Below are positions 10,604 through 20,796 of a stretch of DNA of 64,000 bases, piece after piece; the first letter of the stretch is position 1; each line of letters opens with the position of its first letter. The position numbers were made by a program, and so were the translations under genes. This stretch comes from a virus. The DNA lies in the IMG/VR virus record IMGVR_UViG_3300046780_000088, positions 22,783 to 86,782 of that record, one strand, 5' to 3'. The notes beneath the pieces are model-generated. The model was given only the letters and a program-made list of their open reading frames with translations, was not told the DNA's origin and did not search any database.

Positions 10604-11045
10604 TCTTTTTCCTTTCAGCTTTTCGCTTCTCAAGTGATTCGCCAATTTCGGCAAGCAATTTGTTACGGGCCTTGTCCCACGCTGGCGAAGCAACCTTAAC
10701 CAGTAACGCGAACATGACCAACTTGTCGTATGCTTCGAGCTTTCTTTGGGTTTCATAGATTGCCGCATTCTTTGCGTTGCGCACTGCGCATTCTTGCCGC
10801 CATCTTTCTTCGCGCTCTGCTTGACGGCGAGCTACAGCAGCATCGTTGTGAACACCGCATTTGTCAGACGGAGCAAGAGCATCGTTCTGACATTGCCGAG
10901 TGCGACCCCAATCGCCATACGGAAGTCGTACAACACATTTAGATGACACGTTCTCTCTCCAAGAGAATATTGCGCCAGATTGCAAGATCGGCAGCAGCGA
11001 GGCGATGCTTTTCTTCGCTCTCATCACGCCAACGATTTTCTTCAA
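10596..11045 (-). CDS. Hypothetical protein (start uncertain)
   Basis: Tiled ORF with C-x-..-CGVH motif and coiled coil. Confidence 0.45.
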   Translation of the reverse strand: MKKIVGVMRAKKSIASLLPILQSGAIFSWRENVSSKCVVRLPYGDWGRTRQCQNDALAPSDKCGVHNDAAVARRQAEREERWRQECAVRNAKNAAIYETQRKLEAYDKLVMFALLVKVASPAWDKARNKLLAEIGESLEKRKAERKKNG

Positions 11046-11102
11046 CTTCGTAGTGAGCCACCAACACCTTCAAATCGGCGATGCTCAAGAATGGATTTGT
11101 GT

Positions 11103-11441
11103 TCATGCTTGCACTTCTGCACGAAGCTTTGCTATCACCTTTGCAAGCGCACCTTCACCATAGTCACGGTCGAACAAACCCGAATTGACTTCATCGTTTG
11201 TGATGTCAACTTTCATACAGCGACCGTTGAGATAATCAAAATACAAATTATTCCGTTTTCTTGCAACACCGCCAGCAAAAACATAATCACGGTCGAATTC
11301 CTCACCAAGAATTTTCTTGGCTTCATCTTCAGTCATGTCACCGCGAGTCGCGCGCAAAAATCCCATGCCCATCGGTTGCGCATGGTTGTAAATTGCCGCA
11401 AGCACTTTGTGCTTCGGGAGTCCACTGATGTCAACTTTCAT
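11103..11441 (-). CDS. Conserved viral hypothetical protein
   Basis: VDISGL.KHKVLAAIYN...YFDYLNGRCMKVDI..LFDRDYGEGA. Confidence 0.65.
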   Translation of the reverse strand: MKVDISGLPKHKVLAAIYNHAQPMGMGFLRATRGDMTEDEAKKILGEEFDRDYVFAGGVARKRNNLYFDYLNGRCMKVDITNDEVNSGLFDRDYGEGALAKVIAKLRAEVQA

Positions 11442-11475
11442 TTCTCTTTCCACCTTTCTTATCAAAAATCATTTC

Positions 11476-11549
11476 TGGCGGGACGTAAGGGATTCGAACC
11501 CATATCTGACGGATAGACAATCCGTTGCATCCCGATCTGCCAACGCCCC
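11476..11549 (-). tRNA. tRNA-Asp (GTC)
   Basis: Acceptor GGGGCGT/ACGTCCC, anticodon arm ACGGA-TTGTCTA-TCCGT, TTCGAAT T-loop, encoded CCA. Confidence 0.88.
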
Positions 11550-11627
11550 AAAATAAAATCGCTCGGTACAGGCATCACTGTATCTGGCCCCGAGCTTGCA
11601 TCGTCTTTGTGACGATGGATGCAGCGA

Positions 11628-11702
11628 TGGTAGCGGGTGTGCGATTCGAACGCACGATCTTCAGGTTATGGGCCTGACGAGTTACCACTTCTCCAACCCG
11701 CA
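11628..11702 (-). tRNA. tRNA-Met (CAT), initiator-like
   Basis: Acceptor TGCGGGT/ACCCGCT with unpaired 1:72, anticodon arm TCAGG-CCCATAA-CCTGA, TTCGAAT, ACCA end. Confidence 0.88.
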
Positions 11703-11849
11703 TTCGATTCCTTCGGCGGTTAAATCCCCGGATCGGGGGTCCGCCGTCGCCGACCCAAGACGCTTTAGCGACTCGCGCCGGGGAGTCCATGTGTTGCAAC
11801 ACATTCGCTCCTAAGCTTTCTTCCGGTTCCGCACAGCACAGGTTATGTG

Positions 11850-12170
11850 CTTTCGGTTCTGTTGCCACGCTCACCGGATCGCGCCGCGTATTGTTGGACC
11901 GATTAGGCCGCGATACGCTGGTCGTACATTTCGTCATTCGCAGTTATGCGCTGGCTCAGTTATTACGCGACTGTGCGCGTGTTGTCATCGTCTGCTATCT
12001 CGCCACGTCGAAACCTGTGCGACCCCGCCGCGCGACACTTTGTTACCCGCATATTATTGCGCCCAACATTCACGGATGAACTATGGGAAAATGCCGCTCG
12101 GTGGAGTCGTCGGGAATTGAACCCGAGTCCGCAACGCCTTCACTTCCGAGTCTGCGGTCTTAATCACCGC
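11850..12170 (-). ncRNA. ssrA: Circularly permuted (two-piece) tmRNA; tag peptide ANDEMYDQRIAA*
   Basis: The acceptor piece ends GACTCGGGTTCAATTCCCGACGACTCCACC (to 12100) and precedes the coding piece, which starts GGGGTCGCACAGGTTTCGAC at 12026. Acceptor stem has G3.U70. Tag ORF 11941-11903 follows ATAACT. Outer boundaries are approximate. Confidence 0.9.
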
Positions 12171-12192
12171 CACAACAATTCTTCGAACGACA

Positions 12193-12237
12193 AGGGTTTC
12201 CCCAAGGGTAGACACCAAAACCTGCAAAAAGTTCCGT
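12193..12237 (-). promoter_or_regulatory. ECF (sigmaE/AlgU-type) promoter upstream of the tmRNA-tRNA cluster
   Basis: ACGGAACTT-N15-GTCTACCCTTGGGGAAACCCT; one of three conserved copies. Confidence 0.75.
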
Positions 12238-13156
12238 TAATCGATTAACCCGTTGATCTGGTTAAGATAATGCGCGACCACTTCGCCAGCTTCTTCCCAT
12301 GTCGGTTTGTGATTAAAGTACGCCACTGGTTGCTCCTGAAAATATCTCCGACGCGCAACTGTCCGACCACGCTTGCGAATGAACTCATCTTTGATCGAGC
12401 AGACTGCAACCGTTGCTCCCCAATTTTGTGCCGTTGTTTGAAACGGATTTGGTGGAGTAGCATTGCGCGCAAAGAACGTCGCGCCACGATACTTGTTGAA
12501 CGGATCGTTGATCGGAAAATGGTGATAGATTTCTTCGTGCGTTGTACTTCTGTGATTCATGATTGTTGCTCCTGATCCTGTTGTTGAATGTGATGTCTCG
12601 CGTTCTGCCGTGCAGTACCACGCGGCACCTTCATCACCTTCTTTGTTTCCTGTCGTTTCTTTTCGCGTGCAATGTTGCGTGCTTTGTTAGCGATGCTGCG
12701 ATTCATCTGATTGCCATCGCTAGGACTCGTTCCCTTTGCTCCGGTCTTCTTAACCTTCGTTGCCTTCTTCTCTTCCTTCTTTGTGTCTTTGTCAATCTTG
12801 TTCGAACGATCTTCGCTCATATTCAATTGTCCACGTTGTGAATAATAACTTCAGGTACTACTTCGTCACGCTCCGGGTGACAACGGCATTCCAATCCAAT
12901 CAATCTGTGAGGCATACCAAATAACGGATACACATGCACATCATCTTGGTTCAACTCCAAATTCTCGCATGATGACTTTTGTGATTTCTTCGAATTCAAT
13001 TTTCCATCCTTCCGGTTTATCACCGATATATTGCAAATTTCCAACGATTAGCTCTGCTGCATTTTTAGAGCGCTCTCGAATTTCATCTTCACTCATTATC
13101 TTCATGACGCTACCACCAATCCAAATTCCCTCATTGACGCTCGAACATTCACCCAA
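12237..13156 (-). other. Short hypothetical ORFs (12237-12560, 12557-12826, 12941-~13105)
   Basis: Tiled ORFs with start/stop overlaps. Confidence 0.5.
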
Positions 13157-13488
13157 CCATCGAAGCGTTCGAGCAATCGAGCGTACAGCGCACAGAAATT
13201 GCCATGATGACCCACCTGTCCCAATGCATGTGTGAGTTCATGTAACGTATACCAAGGCGACCGAAAACATTCTGGCAGATAGATTAAATGATACTTGTCA
13301 TTATAGAATCCGGCACCGCCAACTGTTCGAGTAGTTCTGACTTTCGGTGCTGATCCTTTCGCACGCATATTGCTCCACACGTTTCTCGCCAAATCATTAC
13401 ACTCTGTGAGCGAAAGATATGGACATTGCATTCCTACCAATACACACCCTTCCCATGCGTAGAGCTTTGCCCGTTGGAAATCTCTCAT
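13102..13488 (-). CDS. SprT-like zinc metallopeptidase domain protein
   Basis: LHELTH...HHGNF (HExxH plus downstream His). Confidence 0.65.
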   Translation of the reverse strand: MRDFQRAKLYAWEGCVLVGMQCPYLSLTECNDLARNVWSNMRAKGSAPKVRTTRTVGGAGFYNDKYHLIYLPECFRSPWYTLHELTHALGQVGHHGNFCALYARLLERFDGWVNVRASMREFGLVVAS

Positions 13489-14087
13489 TCTACTTTCCCT
13501 TTCGGAACTTCATCGTTCTTTATCGTCTTCTTGAATCCGATGTTTGCCGCGTGATGCCATATCACGATGCCTTCAGGGTTCATGAATCCGGGCGCTGCTT
13601 TACTGCCATGTTGTTCGAGTTCAGCTAACGACATTCGAACCCAATCAGTTGTGAATGGACCTTGATACACGACCGGCACAACGTCGCAACATGCAGGACG
13701 TACATCCTGCCATCTGTGAGTATTGAACAGCGCGAAGCGCCTGTGATCGAGTCCGTATCCGCGTTGAATACCGCGCCCATACCACTCGCCAAAGTGTGAG
13801 CCATGTCCAAGGTCTGCCAATTCTGCCGCGTGATTAGCAACCCAAAGAGCAAACCCAAAGTTGTCGTCTTGCGTACCAATCCATCGCGTGCGCGATCCTG
13901 CACGAATGAAATGTGTGACGCCATCAATCAACACTTGATTGTCGTACTTGATGTCGTATGCCTCGTCACCTGACACTAGCAACCGTGAATCTCGAATGCT
14001 TACTTGCGCATTCGTGCCATCGATCTTTTCTGTGATCGTACAGTCACGCGACAGTCGCGGCATCTTGGGAAACTCAACGAATTCCAT
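13485..14087 (-). CDS. ATP-dependent RNA ligase (Rnl2-like nucleotidyltransferase)
   Basis: FPKMPRL, motif I TEKIDGTN, FGEWYG, FALFN, EGIV, KK. RBS AGGAG before ATG 14087. Confidence 0.82.
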   Translation of the reverse strand: MEFVEFPKMPRLSRDCTITEKIDGTNAQVSIRDSRLLVSGDEAYDIKYDNQVLIDGVTHFIRAGSRTRWIGTQDDNFGFALWVANHAAELADLGHGSHFGEWYGRGIQRGYGLDHRRFALFNTHRWQDVRPACCDVVPVVYQGPFTTDWVRMSLAELEQHGSKAAPGFMNPEGIVIWHHAANIGFKKTIKNDEVPKGKVE

Positions 14088-14261
14088 TCTTTCTCCTATC
14101 ACGTTTTGTGAGTACAGCAAACATTTCGTTGCATACGTCAGTACCGTGTTCCTTTTCGAACTTCGCTATATCGCACCGAGCTTCAATACGATCCATTTGC
14201 CTCAATGACGACAGTTTGTTTGTGAGTCTGTCAAACCTATCAAGCATTGATCTGGTATAGC

Positions 14262-14561
14262 TCATTGTAATGTCTCTCCCCCACGTTGAATGTCTCCTGC
14301 TTGGCACTTCAACAACTCGTACGTTGAATCTTTGCCGACGAAACCCCACTTGATACCAGCGCACCCTTGCTCGGTAGCACGCGCAAATCCAAGCAGGATT
14401 AGTGAGCCACCATTCGTCGCCAGCGTCAATTGATAACCTGACGGCAGTGCAACGAGTGAGCAAAACTTAGCGCGAGGGTCAATCGGTTGCGGCAGCAAAT
14501 CCAGTATGCCTTCTGTTGCATTCTCAATCTCAATCAACCATCCTTCAATCATTTCCTTCAT
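14262..14561 (-). CDS. Hypothetical protein
   Basis: ORF coupled to the helicase stop codon. Confidence 0.45.
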   Translation of the reverse strand: MKEMIEGWLIEIENATEGILDLLPQPIDPRAKFCSLVALPSGYQLTLATNGGSLILLGFARATEQGCAGIKWGFVGKDSTYELLKCQAGDIQRGGETLQ

Positions 14562-16021
14562 TGCATCCGCTCCAAGTGTCGCAACGTTTCAATCGATACA
14601 TCGCTCTTTGATTCCAGCGTGTCCAATATATGCCTGTCAATCGGTGCATCACGGCAGATGATGTCATAGTACGTTACCGACTTCGTCTGACCGCCACGGT
14701 GCGACCTGTCTTCTGATTGAATGCGATCCTCAAGACTGAAATTGTTTGTGAAGTAAATCACATGCGATGCTCGATTCAATGTGATCGACAATCCACCAGC
14801 ATGTTGATTGCCTACGAAGATTCGTTTCTCGCCAGCTTCGAATGCAGCAACGTTTGCTCCCCGTTCATCCTTCTTGGTATCTCCAATGTACGTTACGATG
14901 TTTCCTTCATACATCTTGGCAATTCGCTCTGTGTCTTCTGTGAACCGCGACCAGATGATGATGCTTTCGTCTTCCGGTATATCTTCAATCAGTTCCTTCA
15001 GCGTATCGAATCTGTTAGTCGGTATCGGCGGCAGATCAGGCAGATGCCCGGACAACAATTGCTGCAATCGCATGAAGCTTGTGAGCTTCGATACAGTAGC
15101 AATGCGATTATCCTTCAATACGATCTGCAAATCCTCATCGAGTCGGTGATAGATATTCTTTTGCTCTGGTGTCATCACGCAAAACACACGCTCGAACACC
15201 TTCGGCGGAAGATCGAGGCAATCAACCTTCTTTACATGGTACGAGTATGGAGCGATCAATGCAGCGAGCTTATCAAGGTTCTTGAACTTTGGTCTGCCTG
15301 TCTCTTTGTCACGCGCAAGAATCTGCGGTTGAAACCTGTCGCGCCCTGTTATGTTCTTGACCTGTTTGTGAGACAACAGATCGCAATATTCTGCGGTGAA
15401 AGCATATTTGCTGCATCCAAGAATCGACTCATCCAAGAATGTAAACTGTGAGTACACGTCAACCGGGTTTTGCGTGATCGGAGTGCCGGTCGCTATCCGA
15501 CGAACCTTCGCCAACTTCCCAAGCTTGATCATCCGCTTCGTACGAATTGCTCCTGTTGACTTGATGCGACTTGATTCATCGATAGCAAGATATGAATCGA
15601 CGCACATCAAAACCTTCTTCAACATCGCTTCGCCTTTGGCAGTCTGCACCGCGTCGATGTTCATCAGGAATACGCGCATCCCATCTTTGTGAGCCATGAA
15701 TTCGTCGTACTTCTTCTTCCACTTCTTCGTTTCTGTTTTTCCTGAATGCCACGCCAGAATTTTACCGTTGACATATTCAGGAAACCACTTCGGCAATTCC
15801 ACTTCTTCCCAATTGATGTGAGCAGACATCGGCCCAACAACAACGAGGCATTGAATTTTCCCGTTTCCATATAGCTCGACAGATTCATCAATGACGATCT
15901 TGGTCTTGCCTGTTCCCGGCTCACACAGGAATGCGAAAGCAACTGCACCGCGCGCTTTGTCACGCGCTATCTTCTGATGCCCCCAATCGACGCTCTTTAC
16001 CATAACGGAATTCCATCCCAC
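14558..16021 (-). CDS. SNF2-family (SF2) helicase
   Basis: EPGTGKT, IDESSRIK, TGTPITQ, QSEDRSHRGGQ. Confidence 0.92.
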   Translation of the reverse strand: MGWNSVMVKSVDWGHQKIARDKARGAVAFAFLCEPGTGKTKIVIDESVELYGNGKIQCLVVVGPMSAHINWEEVELPKWFPEYVNGKILAWHSGKTETKKWKKKYDEFMAHKDGMRVFLMNIDAVQTAKGEAMLKKVLMCVDSYLAIDESSRIKSTGAIRTKRMIKLGKLAKVRRIATGTPITQNPVDVYSQFTFLDESILGCSKYAFTAEYCDLLSHKQVKNITGRDRFQPQILARDKETGRPKFKNLDKLAALIAPYSYHVKKVDCLDLPPKVFERVFCVMTPEQKNIYHRLDEDLQIVLKDNRIATVSKLTSFMRLQQLLSGHLPDLPPIPTNRFDTLKELIEDIPEDESIIIWSRFTEDTERIAKMYEGNIVTYIGDTKKDERGANVAAFEAGEKRIFVGNQHAGGLSITLNRASHVIYFTNNFSLEDRIQSEDRSHRGGQTKSVTYYDIICRDAPIDRHILDTLESKSDVSIETLRHLERMQ

Positions 16022-16084
16022 AACATGCAGAACACAAAGAATCCACCTATACCAATAAAAGCAAGTCCTAGCAGCTTGATCAGA

Positions 16085-17121
16085 TCATTCATCATCTTCC
16101 TCGAACATCGATTTGTGACCCGGTCCCTTGCGATGCATAGCGAGTTCAGATGGATGCACCCAACCCGCTCCATCACCATTGTAGAAATCGACAGCGACCA
16201 TCGGTGGATCAATCTTTGTGACCGTGCCATGTTCCCAATCGTCTGCACCCATGCGACAGACCTGATCACCGACGCGCAACTCTTCGATCAACATTACTGT
16301 TCCAATACTCGCGCCAACTCTGTGAAGAGTGCAGCGAGTTCTGCCAGATCAGCAGCTTCAACGTACTGTGAGTTCGAAGAATCCCAATTTGAATCGCGGA
16401 TGAATGCTTTGCTTCCGAAACGCAAACGAATATGTGGGCGACGATTTGGGCGTTCTTTCTGATCATCAGGTACTTGAACACTCAACACTGCATAGTGATT
16501 TCCAGTAGTGTGTTCACCGGGCACAATTTCAAATTGTTTTATTGTTGGCGGAATTTCTTTGACCAAAGCAGTTTTCATTTGTGATCCTCAATCGTAATAG
16601 AACGTAAGATTGTCCGGGTGTATTGCTGAATCGAAATCGTCGCCACGCAATCGCACCATGACGAACGGCCAATCAATTTTTGTAATCCTTCCTATCTGAA
16701 CGAATCCTTCCTTGACAGGCGGAATGTAAAGCACCTTGTCTCCAACGCGAGCGTTCTTGATGTTCATTTGAGTGCCGAATCTATTTCCGCTAATGTTTCC
16801 TCAACATCCAATGTTTCCTCAACATCGCGGACAGGTTTGTGAGAGAGTAGAAGACTGATACATCCTCTTGCACGTTCTAATGCTAATCGACGTGTTTCAA
16901 GCAACGCGATGGCGTGCTTTACCATGTCTGCTTGATAAGCGTGCCACGAATTTTTGTCTTTGCCAGCGCGCGATCGCTCTCCGCTTTCCATCGTTGTGAG
17001 CCTTTGCACGAACTCTTCGCTGCCGATCTTCATCTGTTTCCTCGTATGTATCTTCAAAATAAAACATGAACATCGCAACAATGGTCAATCCAAGCAGTAA
17101 AAATATTCCATCAACCATCAA
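16085..17121 (-). other. Short hypothetical ORFs (16085-16294, 16294-16578, 16764-~17033 and others)
   Basis: Tiled minus-strand ORFs. Confidence 0.5.
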
Positions 17122-17289
17122 AGCATTCCATCAATGAATCGTTGATTCAGTTTATCACGCACCCACGTTTCGAATGAAGGTGGATGACCAGCAAAATAAC
17201 GAAATGCTTTGTTGTACTGCGCTCGCAAACTATCGAATTCCGCGCGAGTCAAAGAAATATCTGGTTCATCAATTATCTTGATTGCCATG

Positions 17290-18474
17290 TCAGTTTCCCT
17301 TTATGCAAAGCACTTGCTTCAATGTGTGAACGACTTCGACAAGGTCTTCCTGATTCTTCATTACGACATCGATGTCTTTGTAAGCACCGGGTATCTCATC
17401 GATCACGCCTTTATCTTTGCGACATTCGACGCCTTGTGTTTGTGCGATAAGATCGTCAACCGTGAATTGCTTGTTCGCTTCTGTGCGCGACATCCGACGA
17501 CCAGCACCATGCGAACACGAATGGTACGAGTCTGCATTTCCCTTCCCACGCACAATGTATGATCGTTGCCCCATGCTGCCGGGTATGATGCCCATATCGC
17601 CCTCTCGCGCACGAATCGCCCCTTTTCTAGTTACCAAAACGTTCTGTCCAAAATGACTTTCACGCTCGATGTAATTGTGATGGCAGTTGACCGCTTCGGT
17701 TGTGAGTTCAAACGGTTTCACCGAGTGATGCAACGCGCGCAGCACCGTATCGAGCATCGCCTTGCGGTTTGTGAGTGCATAGTCCTGTGCCCACGTTACC
17801 GCCTCGACATAGTCGCGGAAGTCTTGCGTGTTCTCCGGGAAGTATGCAAGGTCTTTGTCGGGCAACGTTATGAAGTATTCTTCCATGCGCTCGCGCGCTT
17901 TTGTGATGAAGTGACGCCCGATCTGATTGCCGATGCCACGCGATCCTGAGTGCAACATCACCCAAACGTTTTGTGACTCGTCAAGACAGACTTCAATGAA
18001 GTGATTCCCGCCACCCAACGTGCCGATTTGCTTACCAGCGTTCTTCAACGAAACCTTTGAATCGCGCAACGGCAAATCATCGAGTCTGTCGAACAGATTT
18101 CTATCCGGCCATTGATCTTCGCCGTGCGCCGCCCCCGGCCCGAGCGGAACACCGCGCTCGATGTCGTGTCGCAATTGTGTGAGTGAGTCGGGCAGATCAG
18201 ATGCAGTCAATGATGTGCGTACAGCGTTCATACCGCAACCGATGTCAACGCCAACAGCAGCAGGAATCACCGCGCGTGCAGTCACTATCACGCTACCGAC
18301 TGTTGCACCAATGCCGTAATGAACGTCAGGCATCGCCACAACTCCATGCGGATGAATGAACGGCAGTTGCGAAGCGTTGATCAGTTGCTTCATTGCTTCA
18401 GGTTCGACATCGTCTGTCCAAATGCGAACAGGACGTGCGCCGGGTGATTGTGTGACGTGCGGAAAATCAGACAT
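17290..18474 (-). CDS. rtcB: RtcB-family RNA 3'-phosphate/5'-OH ligase
   Basis: MPDVHYG, VGVDIGCGM, GTLGGGNHF, HSGSRG, HHNY, RKGA, PGSMG, HGAGR, DEIPGAYK. Confidence 0.96.
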   Translation of the reverse strand: MSDFPHVTQSPGARPVRIWTDDVEPEAMKQLINASQLPFIHPHGVVAMPDVHYGIGATVGSVIVTARAVIPAAVGVDIGCGMNAVRTSLTASDLPDSLTQLRHDIERGVPLGPGAAHGEDQWPDRNLFDRLDDLPLRDSKVSLKNAGKQIGTLGGGNHFIEVCLDESQNVWVMLHSGSRGIGNQIGRHFITKARERMEEYFITLPDKDLAYFPENTQDFRDYVEAVTWAQDYALTNRKAMLDTVLRALHHSVKPFELTTEAVNCHHNYIERESHFGQNVLVTRKGAIRAREGDMGIIPGSMGQRSYIVRGKGNADSYHSCSHGAGRRMSRTEANKQFTVDDLIAQTQGVECRKDKGVIDEIPGAYKDIDVVMKNQEDLVEVVHTLKQVLCIKGN

Positions 18475-18475
18475 G

Positions 18476-20361
18476 CTATTCCTTTATGATTGCGTATACG
18501 ACCATTGTGAGCAAGTAACAATCAATGATTGCTGAAATTGCCGGATGTGCATGACGAATGTTTCCGCCCGATCCTACCGCCAAATCGACAAGGTCTGCCA
18601 CTTGCCAGAAACCAAAGATGACGAGCAACAGCTTCGAAAAGATCGGATACTTGCGCGCTCCGCTTTCGTATGCTTTGTGATATTCGTTGTCGTGAGTCAT
18701 TTCAATTCCTTCTCAATGGTACGAGAGACATCGCTGCCATTTGCTTTAACCACTCCACAACTTCTTCGTCGCCAAGCAATACTTCGAGTGCGATTCGATC
18801 TGCCGGATGACTGTAAGCAGAAAAGAATTCCTGTGCGTGAACCACGATGCTGCCAAGCTTCATCAACACCGGAAGCGACGGCACCGTTGGATTCACCGGC
18901 TTCGCTGCCATAGTCATAGCACTGCCCCTTTGCTTATACACATCCAATCGCCATACTGCTGCATTCCTTTGACGCCACTAATTTTCCCACGCATAGCAAC
19001 ACCGCCTCGCTGTTCGCATCCTTGAATGAATGCGTCAGACTTGACAGACCCATCGTAGACAACCCACAACAAAAAGAAAAACGCTGCGAACAAACCAACG
19101 ATGAGTGTTTTCACCGCTCTTCTCCGCTCGACTTCCGATACTCGCTGTTCAACGTTTCGAACCCCAAGTCGCCATGCACCTTCAACACCGTGCTTGTGAG
19201 TACAGATTGTGTGTTTGAAACTTTACTCGACGTGTGATCGATTGGAACAACGATTGCTGATTGTCCAACGATAGGACCACGCAACGTTTCAACATAGTGA
19301 ACTACTCGTTTACTATTCATCATAGCTCCTGTTCAACATCTGCAATCCCATCCGAGTATCCTGATTGATACCCGGCGCGTGTGGCGTTTGCAATTGCTCT
19401 TACATGATCTTGGAAACTGACCCAAGGCCCGTTCGGTGCGGGTTCGAGTCCGCTGCCAACAGTCTCATCAACGATACGCCAGCGCTCGATACTCATCGCA
19501 TCCTCGCGGTGCGCGTGATCTTCGTGCGTACATCACGCATCGTTTGACGAATCCGGCTTGTGAGCGTGACGCGCTCTGCTGCCGTGTCGTCATTGGTTGC
19601 AAGACGAGCAAGCGCCGACTTCCGACGCGCGTTAACCTTCTCCGGGAAATTCCATGTCTTCATTTCTGACCCCTCGCTTTCACTGCCTTGTCTGCAATCT
19701 TGTAAGCACGTTCGAGCAACACGTCTTCGTTGAATTCCTTTTTGTCAGCACGACCTATCAATGCATGTGCGACGACCATCGCCCACTGATCGCGCAATGC
19801 TTCCGCTGACGGTGCTATAAGTGTGAGCATTAAAGATGTTTCTCGATGTAGTTAGCGATCTGATCGAACGATTTTGCACCAGTACCATTCCAATCGCCAT
19901 CATTCATTGCCGACAATTTTTGCTGTTGTTCTATTGTTAAGCCTATAAGCTTGAGTGATTGAACAGAAAGAAGTTCATCGCCTATGGGGTCTTTTTTCAG
20001 TTTTTTATCGCATACGGTTTTCAAAACACCTAAACAACAATAACCAATTTCACCATCTTCATTGACACCTTCAAGCACGCCTCGCGCCTGCCTAAACAAT
20101 CCTGACCGCAATGCTTTAACCCAATACTTCTTGATCGTCTTGTTCATTTTTTTGCTCCTGTTATCTCACTTCAATGCTGCCAATATGCTTCGGTTCATCT
20201 TCATCGAGAATCTTCAAGTCGAATGCGCAGATTGTGTAATCGGTATAATCAGATTCATCCATTGCTTTGTATGTTTTGTATACATCATAACCGTTACCGT
20301 TTCGGTTGTAAGCAACATAGAATTTCACTTTCAAAGTACGAGGCTTAATTTTTGCTGCCAT
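18476..20361 (-). other. Cluster of short hypothetical ORFs, including 19830-20147 (WVKALRSG..CCLGV..MND..FDQIA family)
   Basis: Tiled ORFs. 19830-20147 matches a recurrent small phage protein pattern. Confidence 0.55.
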
Positions 20362-20376
20362 TTAAATTTCTCCTGA

Positions 20377-20796
20377 TTAAAATGGAACTACACCTTTGTC
20401 ATCCGGCCACCGAATCGGTTTCGCTTCCCGGATGTTCTCGATGTTTGTGATGATTCGTACGTTGTCAATTGCGTACGGTCCAACATCACCATTACGCGCC
20501 ATGCAATATTGATGTCCGAGTCTGCCCCGTTCTCGCCAGTACCCGGACGTAACCCACACTTGCCACCACTCCGCAAGCGTTAGCTTCCACTCGACTCCAC
20601 GCTTTTGTGCATTCTCTCTTTGACGCCTGTAAGCGTGCAACGGATGTTTGCTGTTCTTCGCACGCCTGCCATACTGCGCATCCAACGATGGCAGATCGAC
20701 GCCCAATAATTCGCTTTCTGGTATACACATACGAAAGTCAAGACGTAACTGTTTCGGTCTTCTTGTCATGTGAGCGCTTCGGGCCGTTGCGTTCAA
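20377..20796 (-). CDS. HNH-like phage endonuclease (start uncertain)
   Basis: NAQKRGVEWKLTLAEW...YCMARNGDVGPYAIDNVRIITNIEN. Confidence 0.65.
   Translation of the reverse strand: MNATARSAHMTRRPKQLRLDFRMCIPESELLGVDLPSLDAQYGRRAKNSKHPLHAYRRQRENAQKRGVEWKLTLAEWWQVWVTSGYWRERGRLGHQYCMARNGDVGPYAIDNVRIITNIENIREAKPIRWPDDKGVVPF

Noticed and set aside
12099-12145. tmRNA 3' end as a prophage attachment-site remnant
   Set aside because: Both tmRNA pieces, the tag and a promoter are present with phage genes on both sides, and no integrase or host boundary is seen.
11575-12248. ORFs across the tRNA/tmRNA cluster
   Set aside because: The region is explained by stable RNA genes. Only the tmRNA tag frame is credible.
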